Below, one piece after another: positions 19,370 to 33,634 of a stretch of 64,000 nucleotides of DNA. The DNA is from the human T2T-CHM13v2.0 reference genome, Homo sapiens: the NCBI RefSeq assembly GCF_009914755.1, contig NC_060937.1; one strand, written 5' to 3'. Position 1 is the first letter of the stretch. Every line of letters starts with the position of its first letter. The notes beneath the pieces are model-generated. The model saw nothing but the letters and a program-made list of their open reading frames with translations, ran no database searches and was not told the origin of the DNA. A program made the position numbers and the translations under genes.

Positions 19370-20500
19370 CCTAGCCCCTTGACTTGGGCTCTGATCCCAC
19401 CGTGCTCAAGGACTTGATTCCTACGTGGTTCTCTTTTGCTCCAGCACTGTCAACCTCTCCAGCTCTCTCTGCCTCCCCCTGCCCCTTGGAGGCCACTCGG
19501 ACCAGGGCCAGCATACAAACACGCCCCACATCTCTTGCCTGTAAAAAACTCCTGCAATCTGCTTCCCCACAGTCTCCCACTTGGGCTCTGCCCCTTCCCA
19601 GCCCTCTGGGACAGTGTCCAGGTTTTACTGTCCCTGACTTCACCCACCCACCCAATCAGCCTTCCACCCTCACCTGTCCACAAACCATGCATAGCAGTGT
19701 CATTGGAAAACTCTGTGGCCCCCATCAAGGAAGCGCTCAGCCTTCCAGATACATTTTTTACTTCCATGACCTCATCCTTCCCTAGTTTATCTCCTGCCTC
19801 ACAGACAGCTCCTCTGGATCTTTCTCTGGTCCTTCCACTTCCTGCTAAAATGCCTCCAGGACTCTCTGCTGGGCTTCTTCTCTTGTGGGCTCACAGAATA
19901 TCCCTAGGTAATGTGAGTTTAAATACTCATGGTTTTAAATATCAATAAAAACCAATATGCCCTAAAGCTTCCAAACCTACACCTCCAGCCCTCACCTCTT
20001 CCTGGTCTCCAGAATTTTATATCCTCCCATCTAACTGGCACCTCCACATAAATAAATAACTTTCTGTCCCAAATTGGCTCCTGCCCCTACTCATGGCACG
20101 GCTCCTGCCACCAGGTGCTGGAGTCAGGTCAGGGTCCTTTCCTTCATCCTTCTCCACCGCACCTCTCCCTGTGTATTCAGCAAGCGCTGCCACCTGCTCA
20201 TCTAAAACGTGGCCCAGACCTGTGCGCTGTTCTCCGTCCCCATTCCCCCATCATCTGGACCACTGCAATGGCTTGCTCCCAGGACGTCCGGCCCCGAATC
20301 TCATCCCACACAACAGCCAGACCCCTCCTCCAAATATTAAATAACATTATTTCATGCCCCAGCTTAAACCCCTCCAGTGGCTTTCCCTGGCCCTAAAATA
20401 ACATCTCAACTCACAATATGGTCACAGTCCAGCCTCCATCTCTCAGCCTCATCTTGAACCACACTCCTGTTCCCTGTGGTCTGGCCACATGGGCCATCCC
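19370..20500. mobile_element. Degenerate L2 fragments
   Basis: Pyrimidine-rich, with L2-like phrases (ATGGTTTTAAATATCA, CTGGACCACTGCAAT, CTTAAACCCCTCCAGTGGCTT). Confidence 0.55.
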
Positions 20501-20514
20501 TCTGGCCCCCTTAC

Positions 20515-20970
20515 TCAGTGGTTTTCAATCAGAGGTGATTTTGCCTCACAGAGGGCATCTGGCAATGTCTGGAGAAATGTTTTCTCTTTTCTTTTCTTTT
20601 TTTTTTTTTTTTGAGACAGAATCTCATTCTGCCATCCAGGCTAGTGTGTAGTGGTGTGATCACAGCTCACTGCAGCCTCTACCTCCTGAGCTCAAGCCAT
20701 CCTCCTGCCTCAGCCTCCCAAGGAGCTGAGACTATTTTTTTTGTAGAGATGGGGTCTTGCAATGTTGCCCAGGCTGGTCTCAAACTACCAGGCTGAAGCC
20801 ATCCTCCCACCTCGGCTTCCCCAGGAATTACAGACATGAACCACCATGCCCAGCCTGGAGACATTTTTGACTGTCACAGTTTGGAAGGGAGGAAGCTGTT
20901 GCTAGCATGTAGTCACTAGGGGCCAGGGATACTGCTAAACATCCTATAAGGCAGAGGAAAGCCCCCCCTT
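20515..20970. mobile_element. MER20 interrupted by an Alu
   Basis: CAGTGGTTTTCAATCAGAGGTGATTTTGCC...TGGCAATGTCTGGAGA | Alu | CTGGAGACATTTTTGACTGTCACA...GATACTGCTAAACATCCTA. Confidence 0.8.
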
Positions 20971-21294
20971 AAAGTGTTAGGTCGGTCTAACATCGATGTA
21001 ACATATTATTATTATTACTATGATCATTTTTCTAAAAATCCCACCCAAGGCTTTACTCAGAGAAATATGATATGCCTTTTAATATAGATGAAAGGAATTA
21101 GAGAAGTTTGAAACTTATTTTTTACCTACACGTTTCAGAGAAGAGAAGGCAGGAGTGTGGCTGAGGGCTGGGACCTGGCCCTGGGCAGAGCCAGCCACAC
21201 ATCTGTTTCTGCAGCAGGTCAGGGAAGAACAGACCTTTGCCTAGGCAACATAGTGAGACATCGTCTTTACAAAAACAATTTAAAAAATTAGTCA

Positions 21295-21561
<267 letters not shown>

Positions 21562-21994
21562 TTAGTCTAATAAGCAGGAATCTGGAAACCCTGGCTCCAT
21601 CCTCTGCATTGTGATGTTGGGAAAAATTCTGCAGGACTTTCAAGCCATCAAAAGCCAAGAAAAAAAAATCCCAGAGAGGCAAAATTGGGGTGAGCTGTCA
21701 CTAAGAATTTATTTAATTTGTGGCTATTTCAAGGTATGACATTCCATATTTTCTTAGCCTCATCCCAGCTTTCCTTTCTTTCCTCCCAATTATAAAACTA
21801 AGCAGAAGAGTGATACTCTCCTAGAAACAACAATTAAAGGGATTCTGAATGAACCGAGCAACTTTCACAGAAAAAGCACTGTCCTAACTATTGTGTGGTC
21901 CCCGAAGAAATGAGGTAGGAGGCCCATATCTTGCCTGAGAAGTCAGCACCTCTCACCTCCATGGGCTTTCACGCCCCTTACATGTATTGATTCA

Positions 21995-22345
21995 TTATCC
22001 ACACAGTGGAATATTACTCAGCCATAACAAGGAATGAAGTTCTGATGCATACGACAGCATGGATGAACCTTGAGGACATTATGCTGAGTGAAATAAGCCA
22101 GACACAAAGGAACAAATACTATATAATCCCACTTAGATGAGATCCCTAGAGTAGTCACATTCAGAGAGACAGAAAGTTGAATGGAGATTGCCAGGGGCTA
22201 GGGGAGAAGAAATGAGGAACTATCGTTTCATGGGTACAAAGATTCTGTTTGGGAAGAAGAAAACGTTGTGGAGACGGATGATGTGATGACTGCACAGGAA
22301 TGTGAATGTACTCGACACCAGTGAATTGTACACTTAAAAGTTTTA
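21995..22345 (+). mobile_element. L1MB 3' fragment (copy A)
   Basis: ATGGATGAACCTTGAGGACATTATGCTGAGTGAAATAAGCCAG. Confidence 0.85.
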
Positions 22346-24033
22346 CTCCTTGCAGGTGCCCCAGGAGAGCGTTCCTGTATAAAGGTCAAGGTCAACAATG
22401 GCTGAGTGCCAACACTCAAAGCAGCCTTTGGTGTATAAGGAGACCACACCCAGGGGAGGAAGGGCAGAGCTAGGGCTGGGAAGGACTGAATTTGGAACCC
22501 AGGGTGGAATCAAGCTGAAGAAGGCCAAAGCTTCTGCTATCTTCTGGTCAAGAACACGATTAAGAGCCCAGGAGAAAAAGAAAGAAGGCCCCAGTGTCTC
22601 AGCTCTGTGGGGTGAAGAAAGTGGAAGACAGAGTGGGTGAGAACTAGCCTGAGCTAGGGAAAGTGTTAGGAAAAAAGTAGAGTCCAGAGAGGACAAAAGA
22701 AAGAAACTGTGGTGCAGTGGTGAGTGGGGGCTGAAAAGCTCCTGCTGGGGAGGGGAGGAGGCTGGGAGAGAAGAAAACAAGGCTGTGGGCTGTAGCAAGC
22801 ACTGCTGGTGGCAGGAGGGGAGGAGGCTGGCTGTATGCTTGGCTGGCTACAGCCCAGATAACTTGAACTCAAAGGAGTCGTTTGAGTTTAATACTCCCCC
22901 AGGACTGTAGAAGAGGAAAAAAGGAAGGGAAAAAAAAGTCAAAAGTCTCCAGAGGCAGGAGCATTTTGTTTTAAAGGACTACCTCTTGGGCCTGTCCCTA
23001 ATTTTCTGGGGTTTGTTCCTGGTTTAAAAGGAGAAGTTTTATGTCACCCGTGAGAGTCTGCATTTTTGTGGGATTCAAATATTTCTTAATTAGGTGTTGT
23101 CTCTTTACAGAAAGAAAAGACGCCTTTTATTTCCTTTTACTTTGCTATTTTAATTTACTCCCTTTCGTGTCTAATAACTAGGTAGGGGAATGTGAAACAG
23201 CTGCTGTAAAATATGACAAACCCTGCTCCCTGGGAACACTGAGAAGGAACTATCTCCCATCCCAGGGAAGAGCGCCTGCCTCCCCGCCCAATCCCGGACC
23301 CAACAAACCCTGTACAGCACAGTGGTCCCTCTCCCTGCTCTTATGGTTGGGGGGTGGGGGGATGTTTGAATGAGAAGGACAGTCACTGGGTTGCTGGGAA
23401 TCATACATCCACCTTCCCCAAGTGGCCTGTCTGTCCCTTTGCTTAGGCGCCACCGTTCCCAGGAGGGTTGAGACTACTTTATCCAAAACTCGGGAATTTG
23501 CCCCCATGAAACTCCAGAAAATCAGGGAAAAAGAAAAAAAATCAGAACAAAAAAAGCAGCAGAAGTGGCCAGGAAATGTTTGACCTTGGTCTGCTGGGTA
23601 CTGACTGGTGTTCTTACTGTGTTCTCGGTTTGAGAAAAATGACAGAAAAGGGAAAGGGGGTGGATGTCGCTTTTCTACTGCCACAAATGTAAGGGTGGGC
23701 ATACACCCTATCTAGTTCGGGGTCAACCCTTCAGCAAAGGGTCAGTAGTTGTCCGTGAATTGCAGAAGCTTCCCAAGGGATCCGGAGCACAGATTTGCAG
23801 GGCAGCCCAGGGCACCGGTTTCCGTCTCCTGAGCTGTGTATGATGCTTATGCGCTCATTTTGCTGGCAAAAGAGCCTGTCATAAAATGTAATACTGACTA
23901 TAAAACAAATCAGTGCTTTGAAACGACTTGCTTCAGATGTTTTCATAAATCCCTAATGGCTCAGGCACGGCCTGCTATTGATAATATCAATGTGTTAATA
24001 GTTCCTCTGAAGCAGGAGCACTGGGTAGGTCTG

Positions 24034-24034
<1 letters not shown>

Positions 24035-24080
<46 letters not shown>
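24035..24080. repeat. (AC)23 microsatellite
   Basis: Direct count. Confidence 0.95.
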
Positions 24081-24083
<3 letters not shown>

Positions 24084-24289
24084 GATGGGACGGCCATGAA
24101 ACTGGAAGACAATGGTTTGGCTCTCCCTTGAATTCTAGCTGCACTTTGCTGACCTCGGAAAGCCACAGCCAAGTGAGAAAGCTGATAGTCTAAATCCATG
24201 GCTGGAGCTCCCCTTTAAAGTGTTTTAAATTGGTTCATAAAAAGTATATTATATAGGTACACATGTACATATAAAAGCATGTAAGCACA

Positions 24290-25129
<840 letters not shown>

Positions 25130-27109
25130 TGATCTGATCTGCCTGCCTCGGCCTCCGAATGTGCTGGGATTACAGGTGTAAGCCACCATGCCTGGCCTTA
25201 CCACAGTTTTTTTTTAAATGATGGGGAAAACATGCGAGCAATGGATATTAGGCTTCTCTACAACTTCCTGTGTCCTCTTCTACTGTGCCCCAAAATAGGG
25301 CCCACAGCTCTGTTTCTAGGGCCTCAGAGCACCCAGCTCCCAGGGAGGCTGTTACTCAGCTGAGCCTAAGAGGTTTTGTGTCTGCCGTTCCACAGACAGT
25401 CATGGGGCCAAGGAAACCTTCCTATTAAAAACTTCATTCCAATCTCAAAAGAAACTTAAGGGCCAAGCAGGATATTATACTTTTCATTATGCAATTTCTC
25501 TGCTTCTTTTTTTTTTGAAATCAAATCTAGTTCTGTCACCCAGGCTGGAGGGCAGTGGCACAATCTTGGCTCACGGCAGTCTCTGCTTCTTGAGTTCAAA
25601 TGATTCTCGTGCCTCAGCCTCCCAAGTAGCTGGGACTACAGGCTTGCACCACCACACCCAGCTAATTTTTGTATTTTTAGCAGAGAGGCAGTTTCGCCAT
25701 GTTGCCCAGGCTGGTCTTGAAATCCTGACAAAAAGCGATCTGCTGGCCTTGGCCTCCCAAAGTGCTGGGATTACAGGCATGAGCCACCACACCCAGCTTC
25801 TGCTTCCTTCTTAACTGGCATCACTCCAATTGGAGGAGTCGGAGAAAAATAAATACTCCAATCTTGCCAGGGGCCAAAGACACTAATGTTATTGGAAGAC
25901 ACATTCCTGTCTCTGGACCACTCCAGCCCTCTGCTTTACAGAGTGGATATAAAGGATCTGGGCGTTGAAGGCTGGAAATAGCAGGAGGAGTGGCCAAGGA
26001 GGGGTGGCACTGGCTAACGGGCAGTGGTTCTCCTGGACTTGCCTCTGTGTCTCTAGGTGTTCTTTCTCCCTGAGAAGAGACTCCTGGAATCACCTCATGA
26101 TTCTGTCCCTCACGGGTATGAACAGGGAACCAGCAGTGCTGCCGGTTGTGAGAACACAGAGCGGTGGCCCAGCAGCGGCCAGGACTCACCCAGAAGTTTC
26201 TGTCAGGAACACAACAGACTCTTGCCCTAGGCCACAGTTTGTTCTAATGCGTGCTCTTTCGGGTCAGTTTACTTAAGAAACGACCAGAGCAGTCAAACCT
26301 TTGCCCTCGCCCCTTAAAGGGGACAAACATTGGCATAGTTCCTCCCATTCCAAGGCTCCCCTGGGCCCTCCCTGAAATGTCCCATACATGTCATTATCCG
26401 AAATCAGCCTGCTACAAACTCCAGGCTCCCGCTGCATGGGTTTTTATGTCAGTGCCAAACGTTCTTCTTTGCGCCAGGTCAGGAGGATGAAACTCATGAC
26501 TGGTGACAAGACAAGCCCTCCCAGAGAGAGGAGGACAGTCTGTGGGCATGATCCTGTTAGTTTTCAGACTGATGAGTCCAGTGGCAAGGACCCTGGAAGG
26601 GTCCCATACGCCCTGCATGGGGAGTTCTCCTGAAAGGGCACAAGGAACACAGCACGGGGCTCCCACTGATCCAAGGAGGACCTCAGGTGGGACTGCCAAG
26701 GAGCCTGCACCCCAATAAAGGCAGAATCAGAACAGAGCCTGATTAATAAACAGAACCTAGTCAGATACGACTTAAAAGCTATTAGGACTTGGATTGGGAA
26801 GAAAGACGCATAATATGAATATCACTAAGAAAACTTCGCAGTCAGTATCCAGATTTTCTAAATCAACCACTTCAACAAATTCTCTGCCAGCTCATAAAAT
26901 GTCTCCTGACGTGCCTTCCTTTCTCTAAACGATGCTATTTTATTAAATGGTGTAGGAGCTGGGAGAGAGGGGAGGAGTAGAGAGACAAGTCATGGGTGAA
27001 TATTTCAATTTTATTTTCATTGTAGCTTTTCTCAGTCTTGCTTCCTTCAACACTGTCCTAAATTTGGCTAGGTCTGATAATTTCCAAGGTGGGATTTAGA
27101 CATGCTATA

Positions 27110-27111
<2 letters not shown>

Positions 27112-27141
<30 letters not shown>
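27112..27141. repeat. (TG)15 microsatellite
   Basis: Direct count. Confidence 0.95.
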
Positions 27142-27142
<1 letters not shown>

Positions 27143-27309
27143 ACCTGTCTGATCAATATATATTTAACATGCACAAGTATTCTGTACACTGGAGCAGAAA
27201 TGTGCACAACAGACTCAAAGGAGTATTTGTGTTTATCATGTTAGGCTCCCAGGTATTTTTAAGAAAATCATACTTGGCTTTATGCTTTAAGATTTCCTTT
27301 TCCTGGTAA

Positions 27310-27741
<432 letters not shown>

Positions 27742-28699
27742 TAGTTTGTACAGATGGGGTTTCACCATGTTGCCCAAGCTGGTGCTGACCTCAAGCGATC
27801 CTCCCGCCTCAGCTTCCCAAAGGGCTGGGATTACAGGCGTGAGCCACCGCGCGAGGCCAAGAAAGCCTATTTTCAAACAGGATCCTAGCTGCTCCTGCCT
27901 CTCTCATCCTTGTGTCCTGCAGGCAAAGGATACCTAGGACCCTGGGGTAGAGGCCAAATGACCTGGGAGTCAACTTTGAGAAAAGGAGGCTAGGGAGAGG
28001 AACAGAATGTGTGTCTGATGGTGAGACCTGAGGAAAGGTGGAAGCAAGAAGACTGGGGGAGTGAGACAGCTGCAGGCTTAGGACACCCTCCTGAGAGCCC
28101 AGAGCACTGTGGCGGCGTTGGCTCCCCAGACTGGGCGCCTCAGGAGAGCTCGCGACAGGCTCCCCAGCAAGCTAAGCTCCCACTCCCGGGAGTACAACCG
28201 CCCTCGCGCAGGTGTACGCCCAGACACAGCCATAGCCAGCGGCCTCCAGGTCTGGGGCTGTCCAGAGAGGCCTGGGGGCCACACCCCAGCCCTCTGCCTC
28301 CCCACCCCCGCTCCAGGACGGACCCTGTCTCACCACAGGGCCACAGAACCCTCTTCAGTCCCACCAGAGAACAAACACTCCAGACACTGATTCGATCTGT
28401 ACTGAAACCACTGGTTAGAAAATCCACAAGGCAACCACCGCCTTCGCACATTCCCTACCTGCAAGTATTGACCCCGATCAGCCAGGCCTGGCCGCCAGAA
28501 CCAAGGGAGAAACTCAGGACCCGGTCCTCAGAAGCTCACAGCCCCAGGGAGTCTAAGAGACTGACCTCAAGGATCCCCAGGAGCCACTGTTCCTTCTGGA
28601 AGCCCTCTGGAGGAGCGTTTTTCCCCACGGCCTTTCCTCGCCTCACAGTTGTTCACACTCTCCTGCTCCTGGGGGAACCCAGGCCGGCTCATCAATGAC

Positions 28700-30700
28700 C
28701 CCTCGCCTCCCCGCCCTCCTCCATTTCCTGAGCTGGGATAGCCCCAGAAGTGGAGCGTTTCCTATGCTGGAAGGACTTCCAGCTTGGAGCGGAAATCGGG
28801 GCCGGGGCAAGGACGCAGGGGCGTGTCGCCCACGTTTCTGGCCCGGCTAGCCGCAACTCCTTGGATGTAAACGAGATTTGGCCGGCGCTGCGGCGTGTGG
28901 GGAAAGATGATTACACTCGAAAGGAATCACGACTCCTTGCGGAGCCATTACTCGTGCCGCTCCGCACGCGCAGGTTCTGGCCCGGCTTTCAGCAACTCCC
29001 CCCTCCTCGCTAACCACTCGCTCGTAATTTGTGGGCCGCAGTGGAGCTGAGCCCGGGGCTGCAGCCCCCCAATTAAAGCACTTTTGCAGGTCGGACACCC
29101 AGAGAGCTGCCTCCGCGCACGCCAGGCCGGCACCTCCTGCTCCCACTCCCCTCTCCGCCCAGCCGTGGGCAGCTGAAATGGATGTGATTTCACGCACTTC
29201 CTGCGCGCGCACACACACATGCACACATGGACATACACTTGCACACACGCACAACGCGCATTCCCCCTCCAATGCCGCCCGCACACGTGCGCGAGCCTGG
29301 ACGTTCCCCTTTTGTGCTCGTTTTGCAGGCCCAGAGCTCCTGCTGCTGGTTTTCTCCTTTCTCTCCTTCATCGCCTCTTCCTTCGCCACTTTCCTTCTGG
29401 ACCCCCCGGGCTGGCTCCTGCCCCTCTGCCCCGGTGGCGCTCTCGCCTATTCCTCCCGGGAGGAGCCGGGGCCGCAGAGGTGCGCCCTGCACGCCCAGCG
29501 AGGGCCGAGTTCTGGGACGGCTGGGACCAAAGGGCTGGCCTCCGGCCTGCGCCCTGTTTGTTTTCCTTTCGCCCCCTGAATACTAGATTGAGACGTAAAG
29601 ATTACCCGGGCCGAATAATGCCGGGAGTCAACACTCGAGCAAACAAAAGTGCTTGCACAACTAGTCAACCCCGCTGGGACCCGAGCCGCGGGCTGGGGGA
29701 GAGAACGCGCTCCTCGCTGCTAATTACAAATAAATGATGATGTGCTCACTAAGTAATTGATTTAATGAAGTTCCTATGAAACTATTAAACCCGGGTGGAG
29801 GTCAGGCTGGAGGCGCCCCAGAGCGCCCATTGTGGGCTGTTTAACTCCACCAGGCTCCTCGGAAAGACATCGGGGCTAATAGGTGAAGTCACAGCTGCTC
29901 GCGCTGACTTCTCGGAGCGCCCGGCTGGCCGCGGGCACCCTCGCGCCCTCTTCTTGTAGCGCCCTTGTGCCCCGCCGCCCGCGCCCCGCGCCGGCCAGCT
30001 TACCCACGCCACTCCCAGCCCTGTCGCCAGCTCCCGAGGGCCTCTCCAAAGGGATCCCGGGTCTCGTTAAGAGCGGGAAGTTGAGCACTGAACTTGTGCT
30101 CACCGCCAGCAGTCGGCGGCGTGCACCGCCGCCCACCCCTCCCTCCTCACTCCACCCCCGCCACTTCGTGCAGGAACTCCAACCAGTGTGCCACGCAGGG
30201 TGCTCGCGAGCTCTTGGCAAGGTGCCTGGATCCCGAGCGTGTGCCCAGTGCACTGGCTGGGGCTGGGCTGGGGGGGTTGAATTGCGCGTGAGCGTGTGTG
30301 TGGGGGGGGTGGTAGGGAGGTGGGTGTATGCGTACGAGAGAGAGTGCGTTCCGGGCCAAAAGGCCATCTTTCTGCATCCGTTATCCTGGCCTGGGCCCTG
30401 TTCATGCAAAAAAGTAGAGGAGGTAGGGACAGCAGAGAAGAGGAATGAGGAAAGATGTGCAAAACAGATCACTCAGGTAGGCGGTTGGGCCTGGGAACTC
30501 CAGTCCTAGGCTGTGCGGGAGTGGGCTGCTCTGGCGCGGCCCTCTCTCGCTGCCCCACCGCCCACCTCTGCCCGCGTCCTGACCCGGCCAGGCGTTCCTT
30601 GGCCCCAGAGCGACGCCTCCAGCTGCCAATGGGGCGTAGGGCCCCAGGCCCGCATCTCAGGGCTGTCTGAATGCGAGCTCTCCGGCCACCCATTGCGCTC
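28700..30700. promoter_or_regulatory. Orphan CpG island downstream of ZIC5
   Basis: High GC and dense CpG with no recognisable protein; candidate promoter/enhancer. Confidence 0.8.
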
Positions 30701-30866
30701 AGATTCCAGTCTCTGCAGGAAGGGTAGGGACTAGTTCTCCTGCAACATGGCTCTTGGTGGAAACATGACCCGCCCCTTATCCAAAAGGCCAGAGGGAGCC
30801 CTGAATGGACACATTTTAAGATGGAGAATCAGACATTGCAAATGGATCAAAAGCTAAGGGTGCTAA

Positions 30867-30868
<2 letters not shown>

Positions 30869-30904
<36 letters not shown>
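30869..30904. repeat. (AC)18 microsatellite abutting a G-tract cluster
   Basis: Direct count; followed by GGGGGTGGGGGTGGGGAGGG. Confidence 0.95.
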
Positions 30905-30906
<2 letters not shown>

Positions 30907-31549
30907 GGGTGGGGGTGGGGAGGGCATTTTACTGCATCTCCCCCCACCTACAAGGGGTCGTGTGGTAAAAGAGAAGGCCCACATCCAGGTGAAACGCCAC
31001 ATAGGGAGACGGGGGCGCCTGTTGGGCTTCTGGCTGCAGAAATCAATCTGCCGGGATGCCCTGCCCCCTCTGCCCAGCCAAATCTTGTCTCTCTTCATCA
31101 AGAACTGATAGTTAACAGAGTTTCTCAGAGCATGCATTTCATTTATGCCACAGTCAGTTGGCAGTAAGCTTCATTCCTTTTTTTATGTTAGGAATTTTCA
31201 ACTGCTGAAACCAATTTCCATTTGACTTTGAATCAAACACTTGCAATGGGGGGCAGGGGAAAGGGACATTTTGGCGTGGTTGTTGGCGACTTTAAAGAGA
31301 ACTCCACTCCCGCCTGGATCTTTGGTCTCAAAGAGGGTCTCAACCTCTGACTTCGGGGAATATTGACAAAAATCAATTTGAGTCTTGCTTGAGGTCTCAG
31401 TTTCGCCATCTGTAAAATTGGATCTGGAGATCCTTGGCTGAGGTCCTTTGGGCTTTATTTGTTTGTGATCTGTGAAGGGGACCGTAGGGGGAGGTGGAAG
31501 TCAGTCAAGACGCCTGTTTGCACCAAGCTTTTGTCTTTCTTTGTAGAAG

Positions 31550-33150
31550 CGAGTCCCTTTGTAAAATAACGCCCCGCCAGCCTGCCTAATGGATTTGTGC
31601 AGAGCTAGAGTTTTCATTTTCCCCACGCAGGAACGACGAAAGAGAGGGGGTCTTCCAACCCAGCGAGTCCCGCTTGGCCCCGGTTTGCCAGCGGCGCTCT
31701 CCAAAATGTGCCAAAAGCTGTGCTTGGGGCACTCTCTCGACCCCGCCCCGGGCAGCTGTTCCCATTTTGTTCCCGCCTTCCCTCCCCTCACCGCAGTCCC
31801 TCGTATTCCTTTAACGCCTGCTGCTGACTGCATCCCTGCTGCCCTTAATGTAGGATGGGCACTTCTCTTCAGCCTCCAAATGAGAAGTGACATTTGCACT
31901 CGGCTCAGCCAACGCGTGAGCAGAGCGCGGGGGCACAGGCCCATTGACCGAGCGCGGCCGAGGGGCCGGCCGGCTGGGCAGCATCCGAAGCTGCCTTAAT
32001 TAATACCATCTTAAATAGTCCAGCAGCCACCGAAGACAAAGTTGAAGAAAGACTTTAAGGCTGAGTGCCCCTCGACAAGCTCTTTTTCCCGTGTCATTCA
32101 ATATTTAATGCGCCCGCTTGTAATGCTACTACTGGTGTTCCTTTCTCAGCAAGGACATTATTTTTTCACGGTGCCCATAGCCAGGGAAAGCCCTTTAGGC
32201 AAAGAAAATCAAAATGTTTGTTGTTTTGGATGACTTATAACTCTTGTTTAACACAAGCACTTTCAGGAAAGTATAACAGGCGCAGCCTCCAAAGCAAACA
32301 ACACAATCCTTGTGACAGAGTCGGACACAAAAAGCACATTGTCTTGCGGACTACCCCTTTTCTCTGGTGCTAGATGGGGGCCTGTCTCCGAATGAACACC
32401 ACGATGCCATTTCACTTTTGAACTATTGTTTTTGAGTTATGCCATGTGGTCAAAAGGAGCGAGAAGGGGGTTGTTTCCAGGCTCATAAGACAAACGAGTT
32501 GCCTTTTCAATGAAATCCCCCCGCGATCCTTGAAAACGGAGTTTAAATGTCACCTCCGCCTTTCTAATGGGCACAGGGCTGGAGGCGACCCTTCAAAGCG
32601 CCTCGGTGATGAACGACCCTTATTAAATATGGCCCGAGCTGCTGGGAAAGTCCCGCGCCCGGCCGCGCGCCCTAGAGCGCCCCTCGCCGGTGGGCCCTGG
32701 AGGAGCCGGGCCTCCGCTGCCACCGAGCGGAGTCCGGGCCCGCAGAGCCCCAGCCCGGACTGGCGAGGGGGTGCAGAGGGAAGAAGAGGGAAGCCTGGAC
32801 GAGGGGGGGCGTTGTAATACAACTTCTTATCTGCCGACCCCAACACGCCCGTGCGCCCCCAGCCCCAGAGCCTCGGCGTGAAAGGTTGGTGCGTTTCCCC
32901 CCTGACTCTTTTTGTCCGCAGCCGAGTGGCGTCTGCGAGTCTGAGCTGCAAAGTTACTGATTTGCAGGCTGCATGTTAAGGCAGCCCATGTAAGTAATTT
33001 CTCTGGGCACCCCAGCAAAGGAGAACAAATCGCTGACAAAGGCGAGCGCTTTCGATTCAGCGGCGTCGTTAAGGCAACCCCAAAGTATTCCTCCTATAAT
33101 AAGTTCCACTTCAAAGGGTTTCTCATTCAGCGGTGACTGCTTCGCACTTT
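31550..33150. promoter_or_regulatory. CpG-rich candidate enhancer region
   Basis: CpG-retaining blocks alternating with AT-rich, motif-dense blocks. Confidence 0.6.
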
Positions 33151-33457
33151 TATTAAGTCCGGGCTTTTTCACTCGGAGGAATCATCTGTTTGGTTATTTT
33201 TCATCGTGTTTATTTTTCACCATTCACACAGTACTTGTATTAAATAAACAAAGAACAATCGCTCTGCAAATAAAAGTACTTAGGTGGGGAGGGAAGGAAG
33301 AGGAGCTGGGGCTCTGGCGCCCCTGCCCCTCTCCCCCACCCTTCGAACATCACCCACTCCCCACCCCGACTCTCCTCCGCTCCTATCCTCCTTTCTTCAT
33401 TCTTTCTCTCCCCTTTCTCTCAAGCTAGGAGGTTCTATGGAAGAATCTTAAACGCTG

Positions 33458-33634
33458 AATATATATATATATGTATATATGTGTATATATATATGTATAT
33501 ATGTGTGTATATATGTATATATATGTATATATGTGTATATATGTATATATATGTATATATGTGTATATATATGTATATGTGTATATATGTATATATATGT
33601 GTATATATATGTGTATATATGTGTATATATATAT
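33458..33634. repeat. Compound (TA)n/(TG)n repeat, ~175 bp
   Basis: Alternating purine-pyrimidine TATATATG/TGTATA units. Confidence 0.95.

Noticed and set aside
28009-30734. Overlapping 170-230 aa ORFs on both strands
   Set aside because: Stop-poor GC-rich island; no domain similarity; mostly non-ATG starts.
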